Shown here piece by piece: positions 63,866 through 64,000 of a stretch of DNA of 64,000 bases. The notes under the pieces were generated by a model. That model saw only the letters and a list, made by a program, of their open reading frames with translations, was not told the DNA's origin and ran no database searches. Both the position numbers and the translations under genes were made by a program. Every line of letters starts with the position of its first letter. The stretch's first letter is position 1. Origin of the DNA: Eledone cirrhosa (lineage: Eukaryota); the NCBI GenBank assembly GCA_964016885.1, contig OZ024753.1, positions 32,550,001-32,614,000 of the forward strand. The letters are read 5' to 3'.

Positions 63866-64000
63866 GATAATCTTGTTATTTTACCCTGAGATCTGCTCTC
63901 TGGCAATGAAGACCTAATCGTGAAAAGCGGTCCTGTAGTTACCATCTCTTCTCATTTGCAGGCATAGTACAACTAAGAGTATAGTATCCTGCCTTGTTAA

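Overview
AT-rich, microsatellite-dense eukaryotic non-coding DNA. The SINE families and repeat style suggest an octopus or other cephalopod (inference). I could not identify any host-gene exon, and nearly all long ORFs in the track are artefacts of simple repeats. The window holds a 5-kb 18-bp satellite with internal duplications, several kb of (TA)n-type arrays, tRNA-derived SINEs and decayed LINE fragments (RTE, RTE-X, R4/Dong). The main signal is a set of inverted-repeat elements embedded in (TA)n tracts that carry type I hammerhead ribozyme (HHR) motifs. One is a 5'-truncated Penelope-like element (PLE) with an open, RT-less GIY-YIG endonuclease ORF between ~680-bp inverted HHR-bearing arms (36.2-38.9 kb). 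There are also at least two non-coding HHR mini-element families: a ~313-nt terminally redundant retrozyme-like unit at 32.7-33.4 kb, and a family with copies at 30.4-30.8 kb and 48.9-49.2 kb. A solo HHR lies at 47.3 kb, and a GC-rich hairpin family occurs in three copies. All paired HHRs share one polarity, with 3' ends pointing outward toward (TA)n. All structures were read by eye; nothing was folded or searched computationally.
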